From an uncultured Geminicoccaceae bacterium (GTDB lineage Bacteria; Pseudomonadota; Alphaproteobacteria; Geminicoccales; Geminicoccaceae): a DNA stretch of 64,000 bases. Location of the stretch: contig CAYWSB010000001.1 in assembly GCA_964460465.1 (NCBI GenBank), forward strand, positions 14,577 through 78,576, read 5' to 3'. Positions 59,857 to 64,000 of the stretch are shown here, piece by piece. Position numbers and translations under genes: made by a program. Below the pieces are notes generated by a model, which did no database searches, was not told where the DNA came from, and saw nothing but the letters and a program-made list of their open reading frames with translations. The number at the start of each line of letters is the position of its first letter. The stretch's first letter is position 1.

Positions 59857-62366
59857 TCAGGGACTGCGGAGGATCAGGGCCGCCGGAACGCCCAGCACCC
59901 GCCGCAGGCCGAGGATTCCGATGACGAGCGTTGCCGCCACCGCCGCGACGGGCACCACGGCCGCCAGGAACGGTGCCGGGCTCCAGGTCATGTCGAGGGC
60001 GAAGCGGACGATGACGTAGCTGGCGACGAGGCCGAGCGCGGCACCCAGGATCGCCGCCACGACACCGATCATCGCGTATTGCGCCAGGAAGATCCGCCCG
60101 ATCTGCCGGCGCTGCGCGCCTACCACCTTGAACAGCACGTTGCGCCGGAGCTGCTCGCGCCGGGCGGCGGCGAGGGCGCTGACCAGCACCGCCAGCCCGG
60201 TGAGCAGGGTGACCAGCGCCATCAGCCGGACGGCGAGGCCGATATTGGCAAGGATCGTCTCGATCCGGGCGATCAGGTCGGCGATCGCGAAGGGAGTGAC
60301 GTTGGGCAGCTCGCGCGCCATCCGGTCGAGCAGTGCCGGCTGGCCGGCGGGATCGATGTCGACCGTGGCGATGAGCGTGTGCGGGGCACGGTCGATCACG
60401 CCGGGGCTCAGCACGAAGACGAAATCGACCCGGCCCTCCGACCAGTCGATCTCGCGGCGCAGATTGGCGATCTCGGCCTCGACCATGCGGCCCATAACGT
60501 TGAAAGTGAGCGTGTCACCCACCCCGAGACCGTAGCCGATCGCCACCTCGTCCTCGACCGAAACGAGCGGCGGGCCGGCGTAGTCGGCCGGCCACCACTC
60601 GCCCGCGACGATGGTCTCTCCCGGCGGCGCCTCGGCGCGGTAGGAGAGGCCGCGGTCGCGCCGCACCGTCCAGCGCACGTTCTCGGCGATCTCGGCCTGG
60701 TCGACCGGCGTGCCGGCGATGCGCACCACCCGGGCGCGCAGCACCGGCTCGAGCTGCAGCACCCGCGCCCCGGAGAAGGACTCGACGATGTCGACGAACG
60801 CTTCGCGCTGGCTCGGCTGGATGTCGATGAAGATGCTGCTCGGCGCCGCCGCCGGCCGGCTCTCCACCAGCTCGCGCGAGATGCTGTGCTCGACCAGGAG
60901 CACCGTCGTCAGCACCGCCGTGCCGGCGGCAAGGGCCACCACCGAGGCCGTGACCACCCGCTCGCCGCGCCGGAGCTGGCCGAGCGCCAGCCGCAGCAGC
61001 CCCGCGCTGCGCTGCGCCAGGGCGGCCGCAGCCGCGAGCCCGTACGCCGCCAGCACCCGGATGAGCAGGGCCACGGCCACGACGATGCCGAGAAAGACGA
61101 GCGCGATCAGCGGGTCGGGCACGGCGAAGAGGGCCGTGGCCGCCAGGATCATCGCCACGCCGAGGAGCCATGGCCAGCGCCGCGGGGCGGGACGGCCGTG
61201 GGTCGCCGCGATGGTGTCGTCACGAAAAAGGGAGGCCGGGGTCACCGCCGTCGCCTGCAGGATTGGCAGGGCGGTGAACAGGGCGGCGATGGCGAGGGCG
61301 AACAGGGCGGCGGCCAGGATCGCCGACGGATGGATGCCGATGGCGAGCTCGATCGGCAGGACGCCGGCCGGCAGCCAGGCGATGGCGAAGGGCAGGGCGG
61401 TGCCGAGCGCCGCACCCAGCGCCAGCCCCGCCGCGCAGAGCAGCACGACCTGCAGGCCGCAGATGACCGCGACGTCCCGCGCCGTGGTGCCGATGCAGCG
61501 CAGCGTGGCGATCGTCCGCTGCCGGGAGCGGAGATGCGCGTCGACGACGATGCCGACGCCGAGCCCGCCGATCAGCAGCGCCGCGATCCCGGCGAGCGAC
61601 AGGTAGCTGGCCAGCCGGTCGCTCTGTCGGGCGATACGCGGCTGCACGGTCTCGAAGGTCTGCGCCCGCCAGTGCGCGTCGGCATGGTCGCGGCGCAGGG
61701 CGGCCGAAAGTGCCGCTGCCGAGCCGGGGTCGGCGAGGGCCAGGCCGTAGCTGTGCCGGGCAAGCGCTCCCGGGGCCAGGATGCCGAGTGCGGCCAAGGT
61801 CTGCTGGTGCACCATGACCCGCGGCCCGAGGCCGACGAAGCCGCCCAGCCGGTCGGGCTCCGCGACGAGGATGCCACGGATCTCGACCCGGCCGTTGCCG
61901 AGCTCGAGCGTGTCGCCGACGGCGACCTGCAGCCGCTGCAGCAGGCTGGCCTCGACCAGCGCCCCCCCGTCAGCCAGGGCGACCTCCAGCGGAAGGGGCG
62001 GATCGCTCGCGACCCGGCCGTAGAGCGGGTAGTCGTCGTCGACCGCCTTGAGGGAGGTCGCGACCTGCCGGCCGCTGTCGGCGAAGGCGATGGCGTTGGT
62101 GACGACCGAATGGCTGGACCGGGCATCGCCCGGGACGATCGTCGAAAGCTCGTCGGCCTCGAGCGCCCGGTTGGTCGACTCGATGACGAGATCGCCGCCG
62201 AGGAGCACCCGGGCGTCGCGCTCGACGGTCGCCATGACACTTTGCCGGAGCGAGCCGATGCCGGTGATCGTCGCCACGCCCAGGGTGAGACAGGCCAGGA
62301 TGATCAGGGCCGCCGCCCGGCTGCCGCGCAGGTCGCGCCACGCGATGCGGGCCAGGGTCGCGGTGC

Positions 62367-62370
<4 letters not shown>
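59857..62370 (-). CDS. FtsX-family ABC transporter permease (YbbP-like, duplicated FtsX domains)
   Basis: 837 aa, N-terminus LARIAWRDLRGSR, two 4-TM FtsX modules with large periplasmic loops; GTGA overlap with the ATPase gene. Confidence 0.85.
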
Positions 62371-63065
<695 letters not shown>

Positions 63066-63086
63066 GAAAGGCAGACTTCCAAGGTG

Positions 63087-63746
63087 ATGAGGCACTTGTG
63101 CAAAGGTGGGAGCCGGCGGCGGTTCCTCAACCTCGCGGTCGCGCTCGGCCTGCTGGCGGCGCTTGCGCCGATGCCGGCGCCGGCTGCCGGGTGCCGCATC
63201 GCCGTGCTCGGCGACTCGCTCGCCGCCGGCTACGGCGTGGCGCTCGAGGAGGCCTTCCCGGCCAGGCTCGAGGCGGCGCTCGCCGCGGCCGGCACGCCCT
63301 GCGAGGTGCTCAACGCCGGCGTCTCCGGCGACACCACGGCCGGCGGCCTCGCCCGGCTCGACTGGGTGCTGGGCGACGCGCCGACCCACCTCCTGGTCGA
63401 GCTCGGCGGCAACGACGCGCTCCGTGCCATCCCGGTGGAGGCCATGGAGGCCAATCTCGCCGGCATCATCGAGGGTGCGAAGGCCGCCGGGGCCGAGGTC
63501 ATGCTGGCCGGCATGCTGGCTCCCCCCAATCTCGGCGCCCGCTACACCGACGCCTTCGCCGCCGTCTTCCCGAGCCTCGCCGAGCGCTACGACGTGCCGC
63601 TCTACCCCTTCTTCCTCGACGGTGCCATCCAGGACCCGGCGCTGATGGCCGAGGACGGCATCCACCCCAACGCCGCGGGCGTGGCGGTGATCGTCGAGCG
63701 CATCCTGCCGCACGTCCAGGCCTGGCTCGACGGCGCCACCGACTGA
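63087..63746 (+). CDS. SGNH/GDSL arylesterase-thioesterase (TesA-like), secreted
   Basis: VLGDSLAAGYG (GDSL Ser), GVSGDTT, GGNDAL, DGIHPN blocks; divergent from ybbA/ybbP-like genes as in E. coli tesA. Confidence 0.85.
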   Translation: MRHLCKGGSRRRFLNLAVALGLLAALAPMPAPAAGCRIAVLGDSLAAGYGVALEEAFPARLEAALAAAGTPCEVLNAGVSGDTTAGGLARLDWVLGDAPTHLLVELGGNDALRAIPVEAMEANLAGIIEGAKAAGAEVMLAGMLAPPNLGARYTDAFAAVFPSLAERYDVPLYPFFLDGAIQDPALMAEDGIHPNAAGVAVIVERILPHVQAWLDGATD

Positions 63747-63879
63747 GGCGCCACGCGCGACGCATCGGCCGGCATCGAGTCAAGCATTCTTTCACCTTGA
63801 CGATGACCCCGCTCTGACCTGATCTACCGCCCGATCGGGGCGTGGCCGAACGGCCGCGAGGCGGCCCGGCCGGCACGAC

Positions 63880-63942
63880 TTACCCACATCTTGTTGATAG
63901 TCATGGGGATAGCGTGCGGGTTGTGGGTCGAGATGTGGATAA
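63880..63942. promoter_or_regulatory. cluster of DnaA-box-like 9-mers
   Basis: TGTGGATAA at 63934-63942 is the reverse complement of a perfect TTATCCACA. TTACCCACA at 63880-63888 has one mismatch. Weaker copies: TGGGGATAG 63904-63912 and TGTGGGTCG 63923-63931. Confidence 0.4.
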
Positions 63943-64000
63943 GCACGCGAACAACAGCCGCTCGAGCCCCATTGGCGGGCGCCCCTCCTTGCGGCAAAAT

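Noticed and set aside
63779-63811. Inverted repeat GTCAAG-N11-CTTGAC after the tesA-like gene, considered as a terminator
   Set aside because: Short stem, long loop and no U-run.

Overview
Very GC-rich, densely coding chromosomal segment of alphaproteobacterial type. I can support about 57 CDSs. I recognised no rRNA, tRNA, CRISPR array, transposase or integrase. A bchE-hemN operon marks the host as a bacteriochlorophyll-making proteobacterium. Gene order along the window: COQ9-like/def/rpsU, cytochrome c, ABC1 kinase-pepF, an acyl-CoA ligase, then a six-gene minus-strand sugar-acid operon (dehydratase, SDR, ABC importer, GntR). Next come an orphan SARP/BTAD regulator, hemN-bchE with an FNR-type box, a zone of gene remnants and a COG0523 GTPase. 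An arsenic island follows (decayed ArsP-like permease, thioredoxin-like protein, arsR-arsC-gap-arsJ), then an RND efflux pair and a histidine phosphatase. After that: MFS + UPF0261 + PEP-hydrolase-like + split DhaM-type PTS relay, a PA2779/PA2778-like pair, trkH, a MATE pump, a fatty-acid hydroxylase-family protein, and hsp20 with a ROSE-like leader. The last part holds a gamma-glutamyl polyamine module, a DASS transporter, ackA, MltF-like and SleB-like wall hydrolases, a Caulobacter-type ceramide cluster (acyl-ACP synthetase, CerR-like reductase, ACP, Spt), a degenerate orphan ABC ATPase, yccA-like, and ybbP/ybbA/tesA-like genes. The window ends in a DnaA-box cluster. My best candidate for an undescribed system is the tightly coupled operon at 33245-37549. 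There a UPF0261 (Tm-1-like ATP-binding) protein and a PEP-hydrolase-like TIM-barrel protein occupy the position DhaK/DhaL normally hold next to an EIIA-HPr-EI phosphorelay. All family calls come from reading motifs in the supplied translations. No database search was run.
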